This document shows, in pieces, positions 34,395 to 43,458 of a DNA stretch of 64,000 bases. The stretch spans positions 1,566,904 to 1,630,903 of the forward strand of contig CAWKNI010000007.1 of assembly GCA_963851005.1 (NCBI GenBank). Reading direction: 5' to 3'. The notes below the pieces were generated by a model. That model was not told the DNA's origin and did not search any database. It saw nothing but the letters and a program-made list of their open reading frames with translations. Both the position numbers and the translations under genes were made by a program. Each line of letters starts with the position of its first letter. Position 1 is the first letter of the stretch. The DNA is from an uncultured delta proteobacterium. GTDB taxonomy: Bacteria; Desulfobacterota; Syntrophia; Syntrophales; Smithellaceae.

Positions 34395-34685
34395 TTAAAA
34401 GTAAATTCAAATCCCGCGTCCCTGCCAACTACGTTGGCGGGATTGTTCCTCTTGCGCTTCGAGCTTCTCTCAATTCACTCTCAGCGAGAGTCACGATCGC
34501 TACGCTCTTGGGATAATTTCCAATAGCCGTTGGCTATTGGATAATTCGGCTAAAAAACTTCAATGCGCCTATAGTGACCTTTAGGTTATTTGCTTTTGAA
34601 GTTTAAGCCTCATTACGACTAACAAGTTTCAGTCGTAGATGACCTTCAGGTTATTCACTACGTTCCTAAAACTTGAGTCTCATTA
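34395..34685. repeat. mosaic array of family-2 palindromic units, overlapping the rbp stop codon
   Basis: AAATCCCGC-n19-GCGGGATT, ACTCTCAGCGAGAGT and GGATAATTTCCAATAGCcgttGGCTATTGGATAATTCGG. Two stem-loop modules follow, ending in AGCCTCATTA and GAGTCTCATTA. Confidence 0.7.
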
Positions 34686-35027
34686 GTAACGGCCACCACC
34701 ACCGCCACGATTTCCGCCGCCGCGATTTCCGCCGCTTCTGTAGCCGCCGCCGCGATTTCCGCCGCCGGCGCCAAATTCTTTCTTCGGTCTGGCTTCATTA
34801 ACGGTGATTGCTTTTCCGTCAAGCATTCCACCATTGAACTTCTTGATGGCTTCTGCGGCGCCCTCTTCCGTTTTCATTTCGACAAATCCAAACCCTTTAG
34901 ATTGACCTGTGAACTTGTCCTTAATAATTGCAGCGGAAACAACTTCCCCCGCTTCACTAAAATTGGTTTTAAGGTCTTCATCCGTGACTTTATAAGACAC
35001 ATTTCCGACATACAAATTTTTGTTCAT
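34683..35027 (-). CDS. RRM-type RNA-binding protein with a Gly/Arg-rich tail
   Basis: MNKNLYVGNVSYKVTDEDL (RNP2), KGFGFVEM (RNP1) and a C-terminal GGGNRGGGYRSGGNRGGGNRGGGGGRY. Confidence 0.92.
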   Translation of the reverse strand: MNKNLYVGNVSYKVTDEDLKTNFSEAGEVVSAAIIKDKFTGQSKGFGFVEMKTEEGAAEAIKKFNGGMLDGKAITVNEARPKKEFGAGGGNRGGGYRSGGNRGGGNRGGGGGRY

Positions 35028-35253
35028 TTTAATCCCCTTTCTTGCTGATTAGCATTTTCTAAACCTTCATTTTCCCCTGGGGGCTCACAAAGCATCAAAT
35101 TCACCCCCATCCGGCTCCTGATTGAGAAGGAAGGAAATAGTGAGGGGCTTGCATGCCTTACCTCTTGAGCTCATGTAAATTGCTCATTTATAAATTTTTA
35201 CAATTTAGATTATCTTTGTGACGTGATAATCTTATTGCCTTTACAGCAATAAT

Positions 35254-35295
35254 GAAAAAACCACCGACACTCCGGAGAGTATGGTGGTTGTGTCT
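35254..35295 (-). terminator. terminator-like hairpin with a U-run inside the putative rbp leader
   Basis: The minus strand reads ACCACC-ATACTCTCCGGAGTGTC-GGTGGT TTTTTC. It lies about 230 nt upstream of the rbp start. Confidence 0.35.
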
Positions 35296-35351
35296 CGTTT
35301 ATAAAGAATGATTCGACATTTTAAAAAACATAAACACAATTATTTTTTCCC

Positions 35352-35380
35352 TATATAAGCGCAATATCATTAATAGTCAA
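35352..35380 (-). promoter_or_regulatory. candidate sigma70-type promoter for rbp
   Basis: The minus strand reads TTGACT-17 nt-TATATA. Confidence 0.3.
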
Positions 35381-35550
35381 GAGATATTTTCTTTATTTTC
35401 TTTTAGATTTGTATTTTAAACTGTTTGACGAAACCTGTTCCTTACATTATATTTTACGGCAATTTACATTTGCATGGAGAATACGCCGATATTTTGTTAT
35501 ACTTTTAGCAAAATTTTAGTTATCACATCTTTAGAAGGGAGGTTTAAGCT

Positions 35551-35661
35551 ATGGGTAAATCAAAGGACGTGAAAAAAGATACAAAGAAGAAACCTGCGAA
35601 ATCTGCCAAAGAAAAGAAAGAGGCCAAAAAATTGAAGAAGGCGGCTAAAGCAGCGCTGTAA
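35551..35661 (+). CDS. small lysine-rich protein (36 aa), hypothetical
   Basis: MGKSKDVKKDTKKKPAKSAKEKKEAKKLKKAAKAAL. The SD GAAGGGAGG lies 8 nt upstream. A hairpin, CGCTACTCT...AGAGTAGCG, lies downstream at 35704-35731. It falls below the track's size cut-off. Confidence 0.4.
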   Translation: MGKSKDVKKDTKKKPAKSAKEKKEAKKLKKAAKAAL

Positions 35662-35787
35662 TTTAGCCGGAAGGATAATAGTAAACTGCCATTAAAAAAG
35701 AGTCGCTACTCTTGAATCAATGAGAGTAGCGGAATGTGGTATTGTGTTTTTTCATTTTTTCAAAAAGTCTGAATGTAACCGATGTAA

Positions 35788-35928
35788 GTTGAAATCACGG
35801 GTATGTCCCCAAAGCAAGCTTTGGAAACAGGTTCCGCAGCAAGCTGCGGGGTATTAAACCCTCCGCTATGCGGGATTGTTCAACTTACCAATTCCGCTAC
35901 GCTTCGCTTTCGGAATTGGAGTTTCAAC
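35788..35928. repeat. family-2 related palindromic units bounded by GTTGAAA...TTTCAAC
   Basis: CCAAAGCaaGCTTTGG, CCGCAGCaaGCTGCGGGGTATTAAAC and CCAATTCCG-n14-CGGAATTGG. The ends GTTGAAATCAC and GGAGTTTCAAC are inverted. Confidence 0.55.
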
Positions 35929-35955
35929 AATAAAATTTACCGAAATGGATTTATC

Positions 35956-37569
35956 ATGAAAATTAAATTTCTCGGAGCGGCAAAAGAGGTTACCGGTTCC
36001 TGTTTCATCGTAGAAACAGACAAAGCAAGATTCGCTGTTGATTGCGGAATGCATCAGGGCGGCGCCGAAACAGAAAAACGCAACTGGGATATAGATGTGT
36101 ATGACCCGAAGCATATTGATTTTTTTCTTATCACTCACGCGCATATTGACCATTCGGGACTACTCCCCCGTATGGCGCAGAATGGCTTTCGCGGTCCCGT
36201 TTACGCGACCGAGCCGACCGGAGATCTGATCAAAATATTGCTTCTGGACAGCGCCCACATACAGGAAACGGAAGCAACCTCGAAAATTAAAAGGATGCAG
36301 CGTTTCGGAAAGTCCGATAAGATTGTACCGCTTTATTCAACAAAAGATGCTGAAGCTGTCGCGCCGTTAATTAAAACAAAAACCTACAATGAAATTTTCA
36401 GTCCCGTGAGTGGAATAAAAGTTAATTTTCAGGATGCGGGACATATTTTAGGCGCGGCCATAATGGAACTATTCATCGAAGAAAACGGCTCATCCACAAA
36501 ACTTGTTTTCTCTGGCGATATCGGCCGTCGCCATCAATTATTAATGGAAGACCCCAGCATAATCAGCGAAGCCGATTTTCTTTTTATGGAATCAACATAC
36601 GGCGACCGTAATCATAAAGGCGAAGAGGACAGCCTAAATGAAATGGCCGAGGCTATTAAGTATAGTTATTCCAGAGGAGAAAAAATTATCATTCCCGCTT
36701 TTGCCGTGGAAAGAACGCAGGAAATGCTTTATTCCCTTTATCTTCTCGATCGTGACGGAAGACTTCCCAAAGATATACCTGTAATTTTAGACAGTCCGCT
36801 AGCCATAAAATCTACGGAAATATTCCGCCGTTACCGTTCATACCTTGACGGGGAAACGCAGAGCCTTTTGAAAAACGGCGAAGACCCTTTGGATCTGCCG
36901 CAGCTTCGGTTTTCCTCTTCAACCGAAGATTCCATGCAAATTAATGAAATGAAAGGTTCGGCGATTGTTATTTCCGCGAGCGGCATGGCCAATGCTGGAA
37001 GAATCAGACATCATTTACGGCACAATTTGTGGCGTCCGGGAGCGAGCATTGTTTTTGTCGGCTTTCAGGCGGAAGGAACCCCCGGTCGAAAAATTGTCGA
37101 CGGCGCGAAGAAAATTCGCATCTTCAATGAAGATATTGCCATAAAAGCCAAAGTATGGACCATCGGCGGTTTCTCCGCTCACGCAGGACAAAGCCAGCTT
37201 CTGGATTGGCTGGGCAATTTTAATAATAAAAAAATGCCGGTATTTTTAGTGCACGGTGAAATTGGCGCACAAAATGTGTTGGCTTCCATGATCAGAGATA
37301 AACTGGGCTTTGATGTGACCATACCTGAATATCTGGAAGAAATAACGTTAAAAGTCGGCACTAAGATAGAGGAATTTAGACAACCGCAGGGCGCAAAGCA
37401 GCCAATTAACTTGTCTCCGTTGTTGGCTGATTTAAAAAATAAAATCGGTTACATCAGCGACCAAATTGGAAAGATTGAATCTCTACCTGCGTCCCGGCAG
37501 GCTGACGTTCTTGATCTGCTCAGGCAGGCAAAACTGAACATTGATGAAATCAAACCTCATATTACTTAA
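35956..37569 (+). CDS. beta-CASP / MBL-fold RNA-metabolising hydrolase (RNase J/CPSF73-like)
   Basis: MKIKFLGAAKEVTGSC, ITHAHIDHSG and the later beta-CASP motifs. The start was moved to 35956, because the track's N-terminal extension is made of the repeat units. Confidence 0.85.
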   Translation: MKIKFLGAAKEVTGSCFIVETDKARFAVDCGMHQGGAETEKRNWDIDVYDPKHIDFFLITHAHIDHSGLLPRMAQNGFRGPVYATEPTGDLIKILLLDSAHIQETEATSKIKRMQRFGKSDKIVPLYSTKDAEAVAPLIKTKTYNEIFSPVSGIKVNFQDAGHILGAAIMELFIEENGSSTKLVFSGDIGRRHQLLMEDPSIISEADFLFMESTYGDRNHKGEEDSLNEMAEAIKYSYSRGEKIIIPAFAVERTQEMLYSLYLLDRDGRLPKDIPVILDSPLAIKSTEIFRRYRSYLDGETQSLLKNGEDPLDLPQLRFSSSTEDSMQINEMKGSAIVISASGMANAGRIRHHLRHNLWRPGASIVFVGFQAEGTPGRKIVDGAKKIRIFNEDIAIKAKVWTIGGFSAHAGQSQLLDWLGNFNNKKMPVFLVHGEIGAQNVLASMIRDKLGFDVTIPEYLEEITLKVGTKIEEFRQPQGAKQPINLSPLLADLKNKIGYISDQIGKIESLPASRQADVLDLLRQAKLNIDEIKPHIT

Positions 37570-38470
37570 TCGTGATCTCGGGATGAAAAATTAACGCCAT
37601 TTTTTCGATAGCGTCCACGATGCGCGGCGATGCCCGGCTGATGAGATCAGTCTTTATTGGATATATTTTATTGTTCTTTACTGCCGGAATTTCTTCAAAT
37701 CTTTGCCAGAAAATTTTTACCATCGTAAATTCTTTGTCGTTGGCCATGGGCGCGAAAAGAATTATTTCAGGAGATGCTCCCATGATTCCTTCCGCGCTGT
37801 AACGAGGATAGCGGGCAATATCATGACCGGCAATATTTACACCTCCCGCCCATTCAATTGCTTCGTTGATTAATGTTCCTTTGCCCGCCGTAACCACCGG
37901 TTCCAGGCCTATCTGAAAAAAAACACGCGGTTTCTTTTTGTGACGTATTTGCGCAGTAATATTGTTTAACCTTTTTTGAAGTTTCTCCACGAGCTTTCCG
38001 GCGTCCTTTTCCCGATCCGTTATTTCACCGATATGTAAAATGCTTTTCAATATGCCATTAGTGTCCGAAGGGTTTGTCACATAAACGGGTAGACTGAGTC
38101 TTTCCAACTGCAACACCGTATCTTTTCTGTTTCCGTCGGCAGTGGCAATAATTAAATCCGGTTTCAGAGAAACAATCTTTTCTATGGAAGGATTGGTAAA
38201 TCCGCCTATTCGCGGTCTTGCGCGCGCGGCTGCCGGCCAATCACAAAAAGTGGTTACGCCTACTATCTTATCGTCAAGACCAAGCGCGTAAAGCGTTTCC
38301 GTGATACCGGGGGCTAGGGAAACGATCCGCTGTGGCGCAGAAATTATATTTACACTACGGCCTATTTCATCCGTTACCATGCGAGCGCAAGATATACCCG
38401 CGTAAAAAATCGCCGGAAACACAATTAAAAAAATTATCAAAGTATTATTGTTTGTTAATTTTTTGCTCAT
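37562..38470 (-). CDS. ABC-transporter periplasmic binding protein (BtuF/FecB-like, cobalamin or iron-chelate)
   Basis: RIVSLAPGITETLYALGLDDKIVGVTTFCDWP. Its 3' end overlaps the convergent gene by 8 nt. Confidence 0.78.
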   Translation of the reverse strand: MSKKLTNNNTLIIFLIVFPAIFYAGISCARMVTDEIGRSVNIISAPQRIVSLAPGITETLYALGLDDKIVGVTTFCDWPAAARARPRIGGFTNPSIEKIVSLKPDLIIATADGNRKDTVLQLERLSLPVYVTNPSDTNGILKSILHIGEITDREKDAGKLVEKLQKRLNNITAQIRHKKKPRVFFQIGLEPVVTAGKGTLINEAIEWAGGVNIAGHDIARYPRYSAEGIMGASPEIILFAPMANDKEFTMVKIFWQRFEEIPAVKNNKIYPIKTDLISRASPRIVDAIEKMALIFHPEITIK

Positions 38471-38474
38471 AAGT

Positions 38475-38512
38475 TAATAAAGAAACAGGCAGGATGGAAG
38501 TCCTGCCTGTTT
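38475..38512 (-). terminator. intrinsic terminator after the SWIB gene
   Basis: AAACAGGCAGGA-tggaag-TCCTGCCTGTTT. On the minus strand it is followed by CTTTATT. Confidence 0.6.
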
Positions 38513-38534
38513 TGAGGGAAAATTTATTATTAGT

Positions 38535-38861
38535 CTATTCAATATTGGCGCTGACGACAGAGGCAATCTGCATCATGTCAATGGTCTGTCCTTCTTTTAG
38601 TTTTGTGAAATCAACAACCTTGCCGCTCGATGTTTTAACTTTGGTGTTATTAAAAATCTTGATTAATTTGGCATCGGCTACAATATTCTTGCCGGCATTT
38701 TCCGGCTTGCCATTAACTGTTTTGGTTTGTAGTTTGTTTGCCTTGATGTAATCCCACAACTTTTTGGTTATCTCGGTACGAGGAAGTGATTTAGCACCCA
38801 AGAATGCCGCCAAGTCCGCTTTTAAAATTACCGGTTTATTCAACCCTTTTTCTTCTGTCAT
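38535..38861 (-). CDS. SWIB/MDM2-domain protein
   Basis: LAAFLGAKSLPRTEITKKLWDYIKANKLQ matches the SWIB signature (R.E..K.LW.YIK...LQ). Confidence 0.72.
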   Translation of the reverse strand: MTEEKGLNKPVILKADLAAFLGAKSLPRTEITKKLWDYIKANKLQTKTVNGKPENAGKNIVADAKLIKIFNNTKVKTSSGKVVDFTKLKEGQTIDMMQIASVVSANIE

Positions 38862-39027
38862 GTTTATGCCTCCATTTTTTAAAATTGTTTTGGTATTATT
38901 TTTATTAGATATTGCGTGGTGGAGTATAAGAACTTTCTGTTTTCTATGTCAAGGAAATATTACAAGAAGGCTAATAGTTGTTTTGATTTTCATTTTATTG
39001 TAGTATCTCTTATGAGAATTATTTTAA

Positions 39028-39984
<957 letters not shown>

Positions 39985-40083
39985 TGCTAGCGAAAACCGC
40001 CAATTTGCGGCCTTAGGCTACACCCTGCTCCGTTCAACGTAGGTTTATGTATGTTTTGCTCATAATATGGTCAAACCAAGAAA

Positions 40084-40118
40084 AAGGCCCCATAACCTTT
40101 CAGTAGTCATGGGGCCTT
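40084..40118. terminator. bidirectional terminator between mdh and the ompA-like gene
   Basis: AAGGCCCCAT-n15-ATGGGGCCTT. On the minus strand it is followed by TTTTCTT. Confidence 0.6.
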
Positions 40119-40155
40119 AAGACTTTTCAGGATTATTGTTGAAATTTTTACAAAC

Positions 40156-40644
40156 TTAATTATCCTTCATCGCTTTCATGACAGCCTGAACTCTGCGGTT
40201 CTTCTGCCGTCCTTCTTCCGTATTATTGCTGGCAATCGGTCTAGTCAATCCATAACCGACAGCTGTTAAGCGGGATGCATTGATTCCAAATTTATCGATC
40301 AGGTATAGTCTGACGCTGTTTGCGCGGGCCTCGGATAACTTTTGATTATATTCTGCCGTGAAGACATTATCGGTATGGCCTTCGATAACAGCAGTAGTAT
40401 TTGGATACGTTTTCATGAAATCGGCAACTTTTTTGATTTCATTTCTATATTTATCTTTGACAACGGCCCTGTCGGTGTCGAATTCCACATTGAGCACTAT
40501 GGTGACTAGAGTGGGACATTTTGGACAGTCGTTAATATTCTTATTCACAACCAAATCGGGTAAACCACCAGCCCTTTCCGCCTGAGCTGCCGTGACGACA
40601 GCCATCATCATTACAATAAAAACTAACATGCCAAGTTTTTTCAT
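40156..40644 (-). CDS. OmpA-family (peptidoglycan-associated) protein
   Basis: Signal peptide MKKLGMLVFIVMMMAVVTAAQA. OmpA_C motifs are FDTDRAVVKDKY, IEGHTDN, YNQKLSEARANSV, GYG and NRRV. The start was moved to 40644. Confidence 0.85.
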   Translation of the reverse strand: MKKLGMLVFIVMMMAVVTAAQAERAGGLPDLVVNKNINDCPKCPTLVTIVLNVEFDTDRAVVKDKYRNEIKKVADFMKTYPNTTAVIEGHTDNVFTAEYNQKLSEARANSVRLYLIDKFGINASRLTAVGYGLTRPIASNNTEEGRQKNRRVQAVMKAMKDN

Positions 40645-40856
40645 AATACTCTCCTTTCGTCCGACATTAAATAAGTTGATTTCTTTGAAAAACAATTTAC
40701 ATATTAATATATGACACCAACGAATCCTTTTTACTACTACTAAAATAAATATTTTACGTCAATGTTATTATTATTTTTTTTAATACCAAATAATTATTTC
40801 ACCTCATACTAAAGCCGAGATTATACTTAACTTTTTTGCTTTTTTGACTAATCCGG

Positions 40857-42566
40857 ATGAAATGTGGTAATAAAACAAAAAAAGGTGAAACGGCTATCAA
40901 TAAAATTTTTGGAAATACGACAGGCCTGCGCGCCGTTCAAATTAAACAAATAGAACGTCTCTGTCACAAGGGCATCCCGCCGGAAAATATTATCAGTAAT
41001 GATCTGGCCCGGAAATTATCCTTTATTTCCAGCGATATTAAACGGCAAATAGGCCTGCTCATCAGCCGTAAAGGAGAAATCAGTAAAGCAATAATCGGCG
41101 ACCACAAAAGCATATTGATACCGGATCTGGAAGGATTCCGCTCGTCTTCACTGCGGTTTAAAGGTTTGCGGCTAATTCACACACACTTAAACAGCGAAGA
41201 GTTGTCCGATGAAGATTTAACCGATTTATCACATTTGCGGCTCGATCTCATCGGTGCGCTGGAAGTGCGTGGGGACGGCTCTCCCGGAAGGCTCCATTGG
41301 GCGCATCTTGTCCCGGAAAATCCGGCGGGAGATTACTGGTTAATCATGAATCCCGTGGAGCCGCACCAGCTCCAAATCAATTTCCTGTTCTTTATTCAGG
41401 CGCTGGAAGATGAATTCGCTAAAAAACAAAAATCGCGTAAAATGGAGGCGACGGATAAAGCCATTCTTTTGCGCGTCGAAAAGAATCCATTGGCTGACGC
41501 CCAAACATCACTGGAAGAACTTGCCCAGTTGGCGCGCACCTGCGGCGTGGAAGTTTTCGATTCTATGATTCAGTACCGTCCACAGCCCGACCCCAAATTC
41601 ATGGTGGGGCGTGGCAAACTATCCGCCATCGATTTGCGGGCCACGCAAATCGGCGCCAACATGCTCATTTTCGATCACGAATTAACACCGGCGCAAGTTC
41701 GCTCTATCAATGACTTTACCGGCTTGAAAATTATCGACCGCACGCAGGTTATTCTGGATATTTTCGCCCGTCGCGCCCACAGCCGGGAAGGGAAAATTCA
41801 GGTGGAACTGGCACAACTCAAATACAGGCTGCCGAGACTGACACATATGGATACTTCCTTTTCGCGTCTTGCCGGCGGCATCGGCGGCACCGGTCCCGGC
41901 GAAACAAAGCTGGAAATTGACCGCCGCCGTATTCGCGAGCGCATTCATCGCCTGGAAAAAGATTTAAAAACTATAACAAAATCACGTAGGCAACGCCGCG
42001 GCAAAAGAGAAAAAACAGGTCTGCCGATTATTTCCATCGTCGGCTACACCAATGCCGGGAAATCAACACTCCTCAACACTCTCACCAAAAGCTCCGTTTG
42101 GGTTGAAGACAAACTCTTTGCCACTTTGGATACAAAAAGCGCCCGGCTGCGCTTTCCTCGGGATACGGAAGCGATTATCACCGATACAGTAGGTTTCATC
42201 CGCAATCTGCCGGAAGAATTATTCACCGCCTTTCGGGCGACGTTGGACGAACTGCTCGAGGCGGATATTCTTTTACATGTAATTGACGTCAGCAGTCAGT
42301 TTGAAGACCAGATTGCCGCCGTAGAAAAAATTCTGGAAGAGTTGGAAATTAACGATAAACCAACCATAAGAGTATTGAACAAGTCCGACTGTATCGCTGA
42401 TAAAGATTTGCTCCAAACCCTATGTCGAAGGTTAGACGCCGTTGCCGTTTCGGCGCTGGATAAGCGGACCCTCTTCGGATTGATGGAAAAAATAGAATCA
42501 ATGCTTGCCGGCAACCATTCCTTTCCAGTCCGTCAATTTTATGCTAATGAAAAAGAAGTAAATTAG
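40857..42566 (+). CDS. hflX: GTPase HflX (with a long N-terminal extension)
   Basis: GRGKLSAI, RAHSREGKIQVELAQLKYRLPRL, GPGETKLE, IVGYTNAGKSTLLN and DTVGF. Confidence 0.9.
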   Translation: MKCGNKTKKGETAINKIFGNTTGLRAVQIKQIERLCHKGIPPENIISNDLARKLSFISSDIKRQIGLLISRKGEISKAIIGDHKSILIPDLEGFRSSSLRFKGLRLIHTHLNSEELSDEDLTDLSHLRLDLIGALEVRGDGSPGRLHWAHLVPENPAGDYWLIMNPVEPHQLQINFLFFIQALEDEFAKKQKSRKMEATDKAILLRVEKNPLADAQTSLEELAQLARTCGVEVFDSMIQYRPQPDPKFMVGRGKLSAIDLRATQIGANMLIFDHELTPAQVRSINDFTGLKIIDRTQVILDIFARRAHSREGKIQVELAQLKYRLPRLTHMDTSFSRLAGGIGGTGPGETKLEIDRRRIRERIHRLEKDLKTITKSRRQRRGKREKTGLPIISIVGYTNAGKSTLLNTLTKSSVWVEDKLFATLDTKSARLRFPRDTEAIITDTVGFIRNLPEELFTAFRATLDELLEADILLHVIDVSSQFEDQIAAVEKILEELEINDKPTIRVLNKSDCIADKDLLQTLCRRLDAVAVSALDKRTLFGLMEKIESMLAGNHSFPVRQFYANEKEVN

Positions 42567-42575
42567 GATTTATTT

Positions 42576-43136
42576 ATGAACAAGGAATATATTAAAATCC
42601 GCTGGCACGGGCGGGGCGGTCAGGGAGCGATAACGGCAGCAAAGATTGTAGCAGGAGCAGCCTTCGTTTCCGGTTATGCGGGCGTTGTCATGGCTCCATC
42701 TTTTGGCACAGAGCGTAGGGGAGCGCCGGTCATGACATCTCTGAAGCTATCCAGGCGCAAAATTTATGATTTGTCCCCAATCGAGTCACCGGATATCATT
42801 GTAGTCCTTGACCACCTGCTGCTCGCCGAGTCGGATGTAACCTGTGGCCTCAAACCCGGCGGGGTAATTATTCTGAACACACCAAAGGCTTTTAAATACT
42901 ACGACTTTAAAGATTACAGACTTGCAACCGCAGACATCACGGCAATATCTGTTGAGGCCGGCCTTCCTCACGGCATGGTAAATACAGGAATAATCGGCTC
43001 TCTTGAGCGGGCCACGAATCTTTTTGGGATGGATATTCTGGTAAAAGGTATTGAAGAGGAATTCAGTACCAGAAGGCCAGAAAAGAACTCATTGGCGGCA
43101 AAGATTGCCTTTGAGAGAACTGTGGCAGGAGGTTGA
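42576..43136 (+). CDS. 2-oxoacid:ferredoxin oxidoreductase, gamma subunit
   Basis: IRWHGRGGQGAITAAKIV...FGTERRGAP. The gene order gamma-delta-alpha-beta is typical of POR/VOR-type enzymes. Confidence 0.85.
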   Translation: MNKEYIKIRWHGRGGQGAITAAKIVAGAAFVSGYAGVVMAPSFGTERRGAPVMTSLKLSRRKIYDLSPIESPDIIVVLDHLLLAESDVTCGLKPGGVIILNTPKAFKYYDFKDYRLATADITAISVEAGLPHGMVNTGIIGSLERATNLFGMDILVKGIEEEFSTRRPEKNSLAAKIAFERTVAGG

Positions 43137-43453
43137 AGATGGGCACCAGAAATTACAGGAGGAAAACTTCACACAGCGAACACGGGCCTGGTGACGGTGG
43201 CAGGACAGGTTCATGGAGAGTTGAAAGACCGGTATTGGATAAAAGTCTCTGCATCCCCTGCAAAAGAAATATTGAGGCCTGTTTCATATGCTGGCTGTTT
43301 TGTCCGGATATTGTCATCTCCAGAACGATACCGCCTGTGATTGACCTGGAATATTGCAAGGGATGTGGCATCTGCGCTGAAGAATGTCCTACAAAGGCCA
43401 TAACCATGGTGGACGAGGCACAATTTTCAGAAGACGACGAGGACAAGGAGTAG
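43133..43453 (+). CDS. 2-oxoacid:ferredoxin oxidoreductase, delta (4Fe-4S ferredoxin) subunit
   Basis: CIPCKRNIEACFICWLFCPD and CKGCGICAEECP. Confidence 0.85.
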   Translation: MKMGTRNYRRKTSHSEHGPGDGGRTGSWRVERPVLDKSLCIPCKRNIEACFICWLFCPDIVISRTIPPVIDLEYCKGCGICAEECPTKAITMVDEAQFSEDDEDKE

Positions 43454-43458
43454 ACGCC

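Noticed and set aside
34400-34425. tRNA gene or tRNA 3' fragment that might mark an integration site. The candidates are TTCAAATCCCGCGTCCCTGCCA here, GTTTCAAATCCCGCGTC at 47866, and the inverse GTCGCGGGATTAA at 18590 and 26547.
   Set aside because: No D-arm, anticodon arm or 5' acceptor strand can be built upstream. The motif is part of the ATCCC-loop-GGGAT palindromic units of repeat family 2. I found no complete tRNA anywhere in the window.
35803-35955. N-terminal 51-aa extension of the beta-CASP hydrolase ORF.
   Set aside because: The extension is encoded entirely by palindromic repeat units. The conserved MKIKFLGAAKEVTGSC N-terminus begins at 35956.
38471-38534. Cobalamin riboswitch upstream of the BtuF-like binding protein gene. 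More generally, I looked for B12 riboswitches near the mcm, cobO and B12-radical SAM genes.
   Set aside because: The upstream gap is only 64 nt and is occupied by the SWIB gene terminator. I did not see a B12-box-like core (GCCACTG context) in any candidate leader. This is not an exhaustive covariance-model search.
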